Assembly: GCF_006345805.1 (NCBI RefSeq)
Contig: NC_043003.1
Span: 117,118,001 to 117,182,000 of the forward strand
Direction: 5' to 3'
From: Octopus sinensis
Taxonomy: Eukaryota
DNA: 64,000 nucleotides
The notes under the pieces were generated by a model. It was not told where the DNA came from, did not search any database, and worked only from the letters and a program-made list of their open reading frames with translations. Positions within the stretch are counted from its first letter, which is position 1; each line of letters begins with the position of its first letter. This document shows positions 13,099 to 26,657 of this stretch, one piece after another. The position numbers were made by a program, and so were the translations under genes.

Positions 13099-13111
13099 AA
13101 AAAGATACATG

Positions 13112-13178
<67 letters not shown>
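12895..13178. repeat. (GATA)n/(GA)n/(GACA)n microsatellite
   Basis: Directly visible. Confidence 0.95.
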
Positions 13179-13602
13179 TGATAGTCAAGTCGTTGTTCGA
13201 GTGTATAATTAATAAGTTACACAACGATTTGATATCAATCATAAAAGGTGAACTTCAAAGATCTGGACTCATTAATTTTCGCTTCCATTCATACTTGGCG
13301 ATGAGAAAACTTGGGTCAAGACCAGCATTCTTTGAGAGGTCAGCCAAACTTTCCTTAAGATAAATAGCAAGTGTTGCTAGGGTGTATCGGTGTATATTCG
13401 TTTATGCACTCTTATCCGAATAGTATTTATGCATTTAGAGCTGTCACTGTAGGTTTCCACGCTCAAGAGTACATACACACACACACACAAACGTACAAAT
13501 ACATGCATATATACACCCACACACACTCACGCACGCACACACACACACACACATATGTATATATATATACCCCTACATATACATATATCTATATACATAT
13601 GC

Positions 13603-13646
<44 letters not shown>

Positions 13647-13741
13647 ACACACACATACTTTCAATATATATTTGCAATTTATCAGTGAACTAAAATTTTT
13701 AAGCGTATCTTTTCATACGTATATATGTATATATGCATATA

Positions 13742-13845
<104 letters not shown>

Positions 13846-13983
13846 ATATATATACACATACAATACATATACATTTATGGACATATGTACATGTTAAATA
13901 TTACATATACATACACACACACATATATATGTAGCTGAAATTTACAGAAAACAATGGACGACATACAGGGTATAAACAAAAGC

Positions 13984-14036
<53 letters not shown>

Positions 14037-14179
14037 CTGTAGTGTATATGCATACGCACACATATGCACACACACATACAGAGACACACAGACACACACA
14101 TACATATATATATATATAACATACATATATATGCGTGTACGTATTTACACACACACACACAAACACACACATAAATATA

Positions 14180-15436
14180 CAGAGGTTGGACAAAACAATG
14201 GAAACACCTATCATCATAGCATCATAATTTTGAAATATCTATTAAACCACCAAAAGGTTGTTCATTATTTGTTTAGTATTTGTGTTGCTTAATACGTTTT
14301 GCTAAAATTTCTCTTTCTTTTCAGATATTATCAGAAAAAGGTAATTAAAATTCATTAAAATGACTGATCTATCGGACTTTCAGAGAGGTCAAATTTTTGG
14401 TGATCGTATGCCAGGCGCTAGCGTAACAAAACAGTCGAAGTGTTTGGTGTATCAAGAAGTACTCTCTCGAAAGTAATGACAGTCTTTGAGAAAGAGGGAA
14501 AAACCTCCTCGTCGAAAGAAAACTCCAGAAGAAAACTAAAAATTTCAGAATAGTGATCGTCGGAGTCTTACGTGAATTGTTAGAATGGATCACAAAATTA
14601 AAGCACCCAAAATTACTGCAAAGCCTAATGACCACCTCGAGAACGCAGTTTCCACAAAAACTGTTCTCCGGGAGCTGCACAAAGCCGAATCTCACGGAAG
14701 GGCTGTAATCAGAAAACCGCTACTTTCATAAACAAACGTTTCAAAGCGTTTAGAGTAGAGTAAAAACCTACAGAATTGGTCCCTTGAGCAGTGGAAGAAT
14801 GTTATTTTCTCGGACGAGTCATCCTTTACCTTATTTCCGACCACCGGCTGAGTATACGTGTGGAGACAGCCAAAAGACCCAGACTGCCATATTCCAACTA
14901 TTAAACATGGAGGAGGATCTGTGATGGTCTGCGGGGTGCTACATCTTGGACATCCGCCGGTCCAATGATTTCTCTTCATGGCAGAATTAATAGTCACGAC
15001 TATTTAAGCATTTTATCAGATCAAATTCATCCTATGATTGCGGAACTGTTTCCGGAGGGAAACGCAATCTTTCAGGATGATAATGGACCAATTCACACAG
15101 CTAAAGTTGTTACTGAATGGCATAAGGAACATTCTAATGAAGTTGAACATCTTATCTGGCCACCACAGTCCCCAGATCTCAATATTATAGAATATGTAAG
15201 GTGCATTTTAGAAAAACATGTAAGGAGTCGATATCCTCCACCATCATCACCACAAGAACTGGAGACTCTTTTAGCTGAAGAATGGACAAATATTCCTTTG
15301 GAAACAATTTAAACTTTGTACGAGATCATACCTCGTAGAATTCAAGTTGTAATTACTGCCAAAGGCGGTCCTACCCCATATTTAGATAAATTTGTTTGGA
15401 ATATTAAGGTGTTTCCATTATTTTGTCCAACCCCCA
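14180..15436 (+). mobile_element. Full-length decayed Tc1-like transposon
   Basis: TIRs CAGAGGTTGGACAAAACAATGGAAACACC / GGTGTTTCCATTATTTTGTCCAACCCCCA, with TA flanks. Confidence 0.93.
14360..15385 (+). pseudogene. Tc1 (DD34E) transposase pseudogene
   Basis: MTDLSDFQRGQI, WKNVIFSDESSF, IFQDDNGPIHTAK, WPPQSPDLNIIE and AKGGPTPY, with frameshifts and stops. Confidence 0.92.
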
Positions 15437-15684
15437 TATATATAATTGTGTTTCTTAGCAAGTCTTTGTGGATGTCTAACAAGATCCTTCCAATTAAGAA
15501 GCTGATCAAAGACAACTTCAATGAATATAATTTACCCGCAGTCTTACCGTTCTAAGTCTCTGTGACGACGGCTTTGACCGACTACTACCTCCACTGCATA
15601 TTTCTTACTCCATGGTTTCTCTGGACACTCATGATCCGAACGCGTTATCATACACTTTATATATATATACATATAACTATATAG

Positions 15685-15737
<53 letters not shown>

Positions 15738-15985
15738 ATATATATATATATTATATAATTAATCAATATAGGGTGGCAAAAAAAAAATTTTGTAGAATTC
15801 TTTTTGCCACCAGCGGCCTAGTGGGAAAAAATTAAATAGTCATAGACCATTTTTAAGTTCAACATCAACAATCAAGGAAGGCCATAATAGGCCATTCACC
15901 CACTATAAATAACAGCCAAAGCTCAACCGCAAATAAAGATTAATTCCGTAAACAGGAGAAAATTTAAAAAACATTTACCCTGTAA

Positions 15986-16084
15986 TTCTTGTACGATGCA
16001 CCGTTTCATCTGTGTTAATGGTAAACTAACCTGATTAAATTAAATCAAGCCATCTTCCATAGGCCCTCAGATTCTTCAGCAGAA
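15986..16084 (-). ncRNA. Type I hammerhead ribozyme motif
   Basis: Minus strand: TTCTG-CTGAAGA-ATCTG...CAGAT-GAAA-CGGTGCATCG-TA-CAAGAA. The core is complete, helix II closes with 5 bp, and helix III is near-palindromic. Confidence 0.75.
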
Positions 16085-16518
16085 ATAGCCAAGTCGGAAC
16101 AGATATTTTCACGAGCCAAGGTAATTTGACCTAAAATTTTCAGGGTAAATGTTTTTTAAATTTTCTCTGTTTACGGAATTAATCTTATTGCGGTTGAAGC
16201 TTTGGCTGTTATTTCTAGTGGTGAATGGCCTATTATGGCCGTTCCTTGATTGTTGATGTTGAACTTAAAAATGGTCTATGACTATTTAATTTTTTTCCCA
16301 CTAGGCCGCTGGTGGCAAAAAGAATTCTACAAAATTTTTTTTGCCACCCTATATGATTAATTATGAATTTTCTGGTTAATTCCGTAATGGAATCGACGGC
16401 TTATATTTATTTGCTGCCGATAAATTTGGCGCGAGTGCGACGATTTGAAAATTTTAGGTCAGATATTACTTGGCAGGGTCTGAAATGCCTCGTGAAAATA
16501 TCTGTTCCGACTTGGCTA

Positions 16519-16621
16519 TTTTGCTGAAGAATCTGAGGGCCTATGGAAGATTGGCTTGATTTAATTTACTCCGGTTAGTTTACCATTAAACAGCAGGATG
16601 AAACGGTGCATCGTACAAGAA
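16519..16621 (+). ncRNA. Type I hammerhead ribozyme motif (second copy)
   Basis: TTTTG-CTGAAGA-ATC...GAT-GAAA-CGGTGCATCG-TA-CAAGA. Confidence 0.7.
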
Positions 16622-16799
16622 ATTACAGGGTACATGTTTTGTTAAATTTTCTCTGTTTACGGAATTAATCTTTATTTGCGGTTGAAGCTTTGGCTGTTAT
16701 TTCTAGTGGGTGAATGGCCTATTATGGCCGTTCCTTGATTGGATATATCATATATATATTATATATATATATAATATAGATATCTATATTATATATATA

Positions 16800-17008
16800 C
16801 TTTATTTAAAGCAACAGAAAATTCAAAAACCTGTTACTCTGAGTTTCCCATTTCCGTTCGTCGGACAGTTTTTGCTAGACGAACGGCAAGGGAACTCAGA
16901 GTAAAGGTTTTGTTGAATTTTTGCTCCTTAAATAAAGCATATTACTCTACCACTGGTATTTGAGTACTCTTTTTCCACCTTGTTTCACATTTATGTGTTT
17001 ACTCCGAT
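16800..17008. mobile_element. Short inverted-repeat element with a degenerate hammerhead motif, in (TA)n
   Basis: 16801-16868 is inverted relative to ~16877-16936. The minus strand reads CTGT-CCGACGA-ACGGAAATGG-GAAA-CTCAGAG-TA-ACAG. Confidence 0.55.
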
Positions 17009-17091
17009 ATATATACTCTTTTAATCTTTTACTTGTTTCAGTCATTTGACTGCGGCCATGCTGGAGCACCGCCTTTTTTCATTTAACATTT

Positions 17092-17157
<66 letters not shown>

Positions 17158-17908
17158 TACATGTCTATATATCGTACATAAATACACGTGGGCTCTGTGC
17201 ATGGCTAAATGCTTTTGTCTTCCAGTTTGCTGATATTTGAAAATATACATTATATACACACGAAAATACGCACATACACTCGAAGAGAGAAAAAGAGAAT
17301 GATCTAAGCACATAGGTATATATGCTTAAGCATATATGTATTTGTGTGTATGTGTACGCACAAGCACACACATGTACATATGCGTGTGTGTATGTATGTA
17401 TGTCAATATGTGCCTCTTTGTATATTGTATGTATATATATGCATGTTTGTGTACAGAAGACTATGTGTGTCACATTTGACGTAAGCATCTTCCTCCAGGA
17501 CACGTAAATCGTGCATCTGTTACCATGGCATTATAACATTCTCCGAATATCTAACGCATCGCGCAAGTGAACATCGCAGCAAACTTACGCTTCGTGACAC
17601 AAGAGATAAAATTTATTTTCTACAAGACTTGCAGCGAATATATTCCTTTCGTTTCCCTTTTAAATTTAATAAAATTTCCATCTTATCAGAGCACAATATT
17701 ATATTTTGATATGATCAAATCCGAAGACTACTCTTTTTAATATGTTTTTCTGTTGTGGTTTGTACGTCTTGTAAGAGCACGCGCGCATGTTGTAATCGAA
17801 AACAAGTCTTAGTACAAATCTTCTACTAAAAGAGGCAGTTGACAAAACGATTGAATCGATTCTATATACATACACACAGGCACACACATACACACATGCA
17901 TAAATGTA

Positions 17909-17972
<64 letters not shown>

Positions 17973-18267
17973 GGAATATTATTCCAAACTTACAGGGAAA
18001 AATTCAATTTAGAAATACTAAATTAATTTCACAAATATAATATATATATATATATACAAATTAGAAAAAAAACACCTTTTATCAATTCAATAATGAAAAA
18101 CTAAATTAATCCATATACTAGCCATCTCAATATAGCTAATCACTAAGGGTGGGTGTTACTGTAGCTTTTAGCCCCAGGAGATCATCGTCTCCAGCTGGCT
18201 TTAGGCACACTTTCTGTGCGCTTATGGTATTTGCAAAGGGAGGTCATCCCTCTCTCGTAAACCTAAG

Positions 18268-18325
18268 CGATACGCACGGACTGCAGTTTCGAGGTAATTT
18301 GCCTCTTGTCAACGTACAGTAATCG
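18268..18325 (-). ncRNA. Type I hammerhead ribozyme motif with U3-A8 core
   Basis: Minus strand: CGATTACTGTACG-TTGACAA-GAGG(CAAATTA)CCTC-GAAA-CTGCAG-TC-CGTGCGTATCG. Helix I is GTACG/CGTGC plus distal CGAT/ATCG; helix III is the palindrome ACTGCAGT; the cleavage triplet is GUC. Confidence 0.75.
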
Positions 18326-19610
18326 TGTGTGTGTGTGTATTGAAATTAGAAATAAGGGCATCTAAGAGATATTTCATTGATGAAGGCAACGTATCTTTAA
18401 GCAGAGCCAGAAACCCAGGGCCTTGAATTGTCCAATTTTTACTAGTGTATTTATCTATTTGTCTTTTCACCTTTTCCTGTATTGAATGCATAATGTGGTA
18501 TTAGAGTCAAGTTTTGACTGCTAGTTCACGCATGGTGGTATCGCTTAGATACCCTTATTTTAAATTTTAATAAGAATTATAACCTATAAGGATTTTTCTT
18601 CCCATGCTGCCACTTGATTTAATCGGTATTTAAATAAGGGTCTTATCCTTATTTATACATATGTATATCTTAAGTTCTGTTAGAATTTTTCCAGAGAAAC
18701 ACTCAGTTCGAACACTGGGCTATCAACACCGTCCGGCTCCAAACCAATGTCGGAAATTCTTCAACCGTAGAAAATCCTGATTTCACAACAGTCACGGCAT
18801 AATGTGAGTTTGGCGACGAGTAAATTATAATTCAAATATTAATAAAACAAAGAAATTCTTTAACACGCCTTTAATGGCTTGTTACAAGTATTTCTGTACC
18901 AACTCTTGGATTATATGTGTGTGCGTGTATGTGTGCGTATGTGTGTATGTGACTGTGTGCGTGTGTATGCGTGTGTATGTGTGTATGTGACTGTGTGTGT
19001 GTGTGTGTACATACATACATACATTAATATATAATATATATATTTACATATAATATATGTGTGTGTGTTCAACTTTACTCATTATGGTAGGTGTGTATGT
19101 GTGTGTGTATTTCATAAAAGACAAGATCCAGCATTATCTATTTTATTACAGACTTTCTATACTTTGGTGTCAATTATTTTGGCAATTATTTCGGCAATTA
19201 TTTAAGAACAGCAATGTTCTTAAATAAGCATTCATATTTCCTACATTTTTACGGTCTCTTTTAATAAAAAAAAAACTGGAATAGTTTTGTCGTCTGCTCT
19301 GCTCTGAAATTCTGTTCGTATTTTTGTAGACTTCCCGCTATGTCTGCCTCAACTTTTTCATAGTCTTCGGCTTTCACATCAGCGGTCAGGAGTTAATTCT
19401 GGTGATAACGATTCTGCCAGCTCGGGCAATAATCTTTATTTATTAGATACACTCAGAAATTACAAGCGTCAACAACATGACTCCTAAGTTGGCCCCTATC
19501 ATGCCCATAATGTTTTGAAAAAGGAAGGCCCTATTGATAAAATATTTTTCGATGCAATAGCATAGGAAGAAATAACTTATACTATCATATATGCACACAA
19601 CTACTAGTAT

Positions 19611-19920
19611 GTGTGGAGGTGCAATGGCCCAGTGGCTAGGGCAGCGGACTCGCGGTCGTGGGATCGCAGTTTCGATTCCCAGACCGGGCATTGTGTTTAA
19701 GGAAGGGAAACACCTAAAGTTCCTGTTTCTGTTGTACCTGTATTTTAAAGGGCCAGCCTTGTCACACATTGTGTCACGCTGAATCTCCCCGAGAACTACG
19801 TTAAGGGTACACGTATTCTCTGGAGTGCTCAGCCACTTACAGGATAATTTCGCGGGCAGGCTGTTCCGTTGACTGGGTCAACTGGAACGCTTGTCGTCGT
19901 AGCCGACGGAGTGCCACCAC
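19611..19920 (+). mobile_element. SINE family C, tail type 2
   Basis: A box TGGCCCAGTGG and B box GTTTCGATTCC; homologous to 10808-11140. Confidence 0.9.
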
Positions 19921-21585
19921 GACTAGCATGTATGTGCGAGTTTCAGAACTCTGTATGTGTGCATGTTTGTCGTTTTTATATATATATATACACATAGGTA
20001 TATAAATATACCTGATTGGACACATGCAATATAATGCAAGCATGACTGCTACACACATAACTACATGTATTTCAAGAAATGCTATTTATTCTCTACAAAA
20101 GTGAAAATGTGATACATTTAACTAAACCTCACAATACACATGCACACCCACGATTACATATTGTAATCTCTCTCAATTTTTCGTCCCTCTCTCTCTCTCT
20201 CTTTCTTTTTCTCTCTCTCCATCCATCCCTCTACTGCCACTTACTCTCCCTGGGACCGTGATAATACCGCTACATCAGGTCCTTCTATCCTACTCGCCGG
20301 CTTCACTCATACATTAGACCTGCTACGTAAACAGATTTCTTACTTTCAATATCGTGCATTTTTCTTATCCTTTTGCCACTCTTCATATTTTTACTCCTCT
20401 TTGATAAAGGGCATGTCCAGAAAAAAGTACGTTCAGTTCCACTCCTGCTTTTGGCGTATTTGCACACTTGTTTGATTCTTTTTTTTTTACTTAATATTTG
20501 TATTTTTTTTCAGTCCCATGTTTACGATTATCTGGTTCGATATATTATTTGTTTTTCTCGTTTTTAGCTCATCACCTTAACCACGGTATTTAAGTAATTT
20601 ATCTATGTACATGTACATACTTCAGCATGCATACGAATATGTGTGCGTACGCATGTGTGTGTATGCAGGGGTGTGTGTATATGTGTGCATATCTGTGTGT
20701 GCACATCAACTTGAAAGTTTACCATATTTGGTTGTTATTGGCAGATAGATGCTTGACGCTTCGTACACAGTCTTTCTTCGGGGAGACACAGAAAAATGCT
20801 CTTTCTTTTGCTGTATTTGTCTTTTGGCGAACTGGTAAGTTTGAGGCAATAAATAAACCCTACTGCTTGTCTAGTGGGGAAAGACAGGGATTTGAAGAGG
20901 ATTAGCAGTCGTGCATAAGACTCTATGAAGTGATCTAAGAAATGACGGTTAGGAGAAAAGAAGATAAGGGTTACTGATAAGAGCGGAGTGGATATAAAAA
21001 AATAGAGTCTGGAGAGAATTGGATACAGAAAAGATCATTAGTTTAAGGAAAGGAGGTGCGTCTTAGCTAATTCAGCAACATGAATCATATCAATAGGAAT
21101 TTGTATACCAGTATGTATAAGAGCACACCCAGGAATAGTAGCAGAATAGGCACAACACACATATACACATAGAAAATGAAAGCCAGGAGATTTACATTGA
21201 CACACACACACACACATACACACACACACACAAACATACATATATATACACACGCATATACACTCATACACTTATACATAGTGATATTAAAATAGGATAA
21301 AAATGAAATACGTTGGTTTAATGTAATGAGTTGGTTCATATACATGTTTGTATATCTACATATACACCCGTAGATATATATTCGTTTATAAAGAGAAAGG
21401 GAAAAGGAGAGTGATATTTACACATATATAGGCACATATATAAGCGTATACATGCGTGTGTATATAAAGAGAGACCGAGATACTGAGAGACAGAGAGAAG
21501 GAGAGAGACTTATCTGTCATGAATAAAATTTAAAAAAACTTCGTTATTTATTGATAATTTATATTTACTATTTACTTTAACTTTA

Positions 21586-21685
21586 NNNNNNNNNNNNNNN
21601 NNNNNNNNNNNNNNNNNNNNNNNNNNNNNNNNNNNNNNNNNNNNNNNNNNNNNNNNNNNNNNNNNNNNNNNNNNNNNNNNNNNNN
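21586..21685. other. Assembly gap (100 N)
   Basis: Run of N. Confidence 1.
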
Positions 21686-21869
21686 CATGTTATTTATATG
21701 TTAATATTGCTGTTCGAAACCATTGTATGAATGTATTAAAATTCCTTTCAAATTTTAACATCTTCTCTTCTCCATCTTTTACAGTTCGTTGAGTTTCTAT
21801 GGGATACCATTCCACAAATTCTCATCACACACCATATATATATATAACTTAACTTAACTATGTGTATGT

Positions 21870-22332
<463 letters not shown>

Positions 22333-22340
22333 CACACATA

Positions 22341-22641
22341 TGTGGAGGCGCAATGGCCGAGTGGTTAGGGCAGCGGACTCGCGGTCGTAGGATCGCGGCT
22401 TCGATTCCTAGACCGGGCGTTGTGAGTGTTTATTGAGCGAAAACACCTAAAAAGCTCCACGAGGCTCCGGCAGGTGGTGGTGATCCCTGCTGTACTCTTT
22501 CACTACACTTTCTCTCACTCTTTCTTCTGTTGGTCTGCTCGCTTAGCCAGCGGGGTGGCGTCATTCGAAGGCTAAAACAATGCGAACGCGTTGTGACCAG
22601 CGATGTGTAACAACATCTGATGGTCTGGTCGGTCACGTGAT
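22341..22641 (+). mobile_element. SINE family C, tail type 1
   Basis: tRNA-like head with A box TGGCCGAGTGG and B box GGCTTCGATTCC; tail GGTCACGTGAT(AT)n. Confidence 0.92.
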
Positions 22642-22916
22642 ATATATATATATATATTTGATAAAGAATACGGTTGGTAAAGTATATATATTTTTTTATT
22701 CTTTACGTAAGACCTAATTCAGAAACGCGCGTCTATGGATGATCGGATATCGATTGATTTTCGTTTGATTTACCCTCTGCCTGTGTGTTTACACTTCAAG
22801 TATTTTGAGTTCTCTGGAAGACCCTTTTAAAGTAGAAGAAATGGCTAAGATTTTGGCTGCTATTTCTGAACTTCGGTATGCGGCGATGCAATTCTCTTGC
22901 CGAACCCTTTTTATTA

Positions 22917-22946
<30 letters not shown>

Positions 22947-22952
<6 letters not shown>

Positions 22953-23777
22953 CAATATAGGGTAGCAAAAAAATTCAAGAAAAAAGTCAAGAAAAATTTT
23001 CTGCAACCAGCGGTCAAGTGAGAAAATAGAAATAGTCACAGACTATATAATATATTCAACAAAATATTAAGGAAAGACCCTTACGGGTCGTTCAACTCAC
23101 TTGAAAAGAGCAGCCAAAACTCAAACCGCAAAAATAGTAGTAATTCTGAAAGCTAAAGGAGAAATAAAAACATTATCCTTTTATTTCTCCTTTAGCTTTC
23201 AGAATTACTACTATTTTTGCGGTTTGAGTTTTGGCTGCTCTTTTCAAGTGAGTTGAAAGACCTGTAAGGGTCTTTCCTTAATATTTTGTTGAATATATTA
23301 TATAGTCTGTGACTATTTCTATTTTCTCACTTGACCGCTGGTTGCAGAAAATTTTTCTTGAATTTTTTCTTGAATTTTTTGCTACCCTATATTGATAAAT
23401 TAATAATTTTTGACTAATTCTGAAATTGTATCATCAGTTTATATTTGCTGCTGAGTAGTTGGCGCGGTTACGTTGGATTTCGAAAAATTAGGATATATAT
23501 ACTACTCGGGCTTCAGTGGTATCGCCTCGTGTGTATATGTTCGCGTTTTCTTTGGGGGACTTTGCTGATGAAACAACCAATCGTAAACGGATTTAATTTA
23601 ATTCAATTAAGTTCGATTGCGTAAAAATGTTGAAACCTTGCAGGGTACAAGTTGAAAAGGATAAATGTTTTTATTTCTCCTTTAGCTTTCAGAATTACTA
23701 CTATTTTTGCGGTTTGAGTTTTGGCTGCTCTTTTCAAGTGAGTTGAACGACCTGTAAGGGTCTTTCCATAATATTTG

Positions 23778-23778
<1 letters not shown>
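22947..23778. mobile_element. Candidate retrozyme B: non-coding ~490 bp unit, inverted arm plus ~1.2 tandem units, in (TA)n
   Basis: 22947-23170 is a near-perfect inverted copy of 23180-23400. TTATTTCTCCTTTAGC recurs at 23181 and 23671. It shows patchy homology to element A. Confidence 0.78.
23558..23653 (+). ncRNA. Type I hammerhead ribozyme motif
   Basis: GACTTTG-CTGATGA-AACA...TGTT-GAAA-CCTTGCAGGG-TA-CAAGTT. The core is canonical, helix II is AACA/TGTT, helix III is near-palindromic, and the triplet is GUA. Confidence 0.78.
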
Positions 23779-23837
<59 letters not shown>

Positions 23838-24227
23838 GACTAACTTCTTTCAGCTTTCATTAACCAAATCTACCCCCAACTGTTTCGCCGGGCAGAAGCT
23901 ATACTTGAGACACTTCCCCTAAGTGCCACGCGTGGAACTGAATCTGAAACATCATCTCATATTAAAAGATAGAATTTTACCTATGAAATATATGGTCGTT
24001 CTTTCTTCTAGCATGTCAAGAGACCACTTACCACCTTATTCATTCGCTAGCTTGTTTTTCCCCGCCAGTAATAGTTCAGATGTTACTGAATTGCTGGTAG
24101 GAATTAAGTAAATGATTCTACTACTGTAAATTCAGATCAGATGTCGACCATAGGAGTCTGACTTTATTGGCTTACGTATCATCATTTACTTTGAGTGTCA
24201 CGCAGCAACACAAGATCATTTTATATA

Positions 24228-24368
24228 TAAGGTTGTCCCAAAAGTTAGTAGAAAGTCTTGGAAAATAATGGTCTTTATTTTGAGGAATAATTTTTGTTAT
24301 TTTTGTTAGTACTTGGCGAGTAAAAATTCAATTTTCGCAAGTGTTTACGAACTTTTGGGACAACCTAA
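24228..24368. mobile_element. Tc1/mariner-type MITE (~140 bp)
   Basis: TIR AGGTTGTCCCAAAAGTT / AACTTTTGGGACAACCT, with TA flanks. Confidence 0.85.
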
Positions 24369-25119
24369 TATTTCTTCCTAGAATACGGGAGGGCTATTTG
24401 ATGCGCAACAATGTACATCGACAAAATTTCCATTCTACTTAATGAATCAAAGAAGTAGTTTCTACTTGAAGAGTCACTACAGTCTTTAAGAGTCTTACTA
24501 CTTCAAGAGTCTGCTAATGGAACCCAGGTGAGTAGTCTGCGTGTACACGTAGTACAGAAGACTCTACATGATTTTTTTTGTTTGACCGTTTTACTTGATT
24601 GAAACAATCATGACAAAGTGTTTCTACGGCAATATATGGCAGGCTCTTCGATTCAAAATATTGTCATAATTTTCCATTACGCTTCAACTCATGTAAAGAA
24701 GTCTGCGCAGACTACAGAATCACGTGTCCAGTGTATTTGCAACATTCATGTTATTGATTTCCGAAAATGAATTTTGAATTCTAAATCCCCCGTTTGATGC
24801 CCTAAAATCTTGAAATATTTTCTTTTGACATCGCGTGTTTTACAAGATAAAAATGTCTTTGCCAGCTTCATAAATACACGTCTGTTGATACGATGCCATG
24901 TGTAGTGATCTGTAAATGATACGGTGTATATGTAATGATTTGAAGATTTCTTATATTGATACAAACCTTAATATTTTTGCATGATATATAGAAAACAGTA
25001 TCAGGACATGGTTTATACTATTCCAGTTATCTTAGGCCTATATTGTTCTCAGATAGACCAGAATCTCGCGTTACACATTTACTTACCCATCAAAATAGAA
25101 ATAATCAAGAAATAGAAAC

Positions 25120-25748
25120 AGTTGCAACTGTGTGGTAAGAAATCTGCTTCCCAACCACATGGCTCCGAGTTCAGTTCCATTGTGTGGCACTTTGAGCAAG
25201 TGTCATCTACTACAGCCTAAGTCGGACCAAAGCCTTGCAAGTGGAATTGGTGGTTGTAAACTGAAAGAAGCCAGTGGTGTGTGTGTGTGTGTGAGTGTTT
25301 GTCCTTCACCGCCTCTTGGTAACCGGTATTGTTATGTTTAAGGCGGCGAGCTGGCAGAAACGTTAGCACGCCGGGCGAAATGCGTAGCCGTATCTCGTCT
25401 GCCGCTACGTTCTGAGTTCCAATTCCGCCAAGGTCGACTTTGCCTTTCATCATTTCGGGGTCGATAAATTAAGTACCAGTTACGCACTGGGGTCGATATA
25501 ATCGACTTAATCCGTTTGTCTGTCCTGTTTGTCCTCTCTGTGTTTAGCCCCTTGTGGGTAGTAAAGAAATAGGTATTGTTATGTTTACATCCCTGTAACG
25601 TTGCTATTCACTAAAGAGAACTTAGAATAAGTACCAAGCTTTAAAAAGTTTGTAATAGTGTTCCAGTTGTTCGAGTAAAACGTTTTCAAGGCGATGCCCC
25701 AGCTTCGCCGCACTCGAATGAATGAAACACGTAAAAGAATAAAAGAAT
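25120..25748 (+). mobile_element. SINE family A (old), interrupted by a family B SINE
   Basis: The head, body and tail of family A lie on either side of 25341-25571. Confidence 0.82.
25341..25571 (+). mobile_element. tRNA-derived SINE family B (central domain resembles the MetaSINE domain)
   Basis: GGCGGCGAGCTGGCAGAAACGTTAGCACG...GCCTTTCATCATTTCGGGGTCGATAAATTAAGTACCAG. A 16-bp TSD GGTATTGTTATGTTTA lies at 25325-25340 and 25572-25587. Confidence 0.92.
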
Positions 25749-26313
25749 AATGCGCCAACAAATGATATCCCGGGGGTCAGAAATGGTAAAATCCGTTTGG
25801 AAGTGAATTTCACTGCTATAAGTTATCGGTTGATTTGACTGACATTCATCCTTATGGAGCCACCAAGAAACATACCAGTAATACACTCAGTCAATATAAC
25901 TCGCTGTTCTCTCGGCCAATGTTAGAAATCAATTAGCTGAAAGTAATTGTTACCAAACTGAATCCCAGAGGAAATAAGTTCCAGTTTTTAGTGTTATTTT
26001 GGAATTTCTAGCATCAAACCCCGCTGAGTTTGCAGTAAATATTAAAATGCGGACGTCCCGTTTATAGTTCTGCATATCATATTTGTAAAGACGATCATAC
26101 CCAAAATCTACGGACGAATTACGTAAGTAAAATGACGTAACTGTCGATAGTGAAACATGTTTATGGCTAATCTATATTTTTGTTACTTTTCATTTGTCAT
26201 CCTCGCTTACGTTCTGGTGTTTACTGAATTTTCTTGAGAAAATTTCTTAGTGGTAAGACCATAGCGGATCTACATCTAGCATAAGGGTTGTCCACATAGT
26301 GGTCATCCCTCTC

Positions 26314-26399
<86 letters not shown>

Positions 26400-26601
26400 A
26401 TAGATAGATAGATGATAAATATAGATATATAATACTCGATTTATTCGTGTTCAGAGGCGTTCGTAAACTTAGGTACTACTATATATATATATGTATATAT
26501 ATATGTGTGTGTGTGTGTGTGCATGTATAATTGTTAAAGAGGACAACAAACATTAAGGCAAGGAACACATCTCAAGTCGTATACAATATTTTCATAGGAA
26601 A

Positions 26602-26657
26602 ATCTTACAGCTGTTTCTGTGATATCCTTGAGTATGGGATATTCTGTCATCAGAGAC
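26602..26657 (-). ncRNA. Type I hammerhead motif with a partly mismatched helix II
   Basis: Minus strand: GTCT-CTGATGA-CAGAATATCC(CATACTCAA)GGATATCACA-GAAA-CAGCTG-TA-AGAT; palindrome ACAGCTGT. Confidence 0.62.

Larger units (their letters stand above)
15757..16740. mobile_element. Candidate retrozyme A: non-coding ~485 bp unit, inverted arm plus ~1.2 tandem units, in (TA)n
   Basis: 15757-16140 is the reverse complement of parts of 16141-16740. CAGGGTA(A/C)ATGTTTT recurs at 16141 and 16626. It contains hammerhead motifs and no ORF. Confidence 0.75.

Noticed and set aside
18330-18660. Possible PLE coding remnant beside the 18.3-kb hammerhead
   Set aside because: It has many stops and no motif I can identify with confidence.
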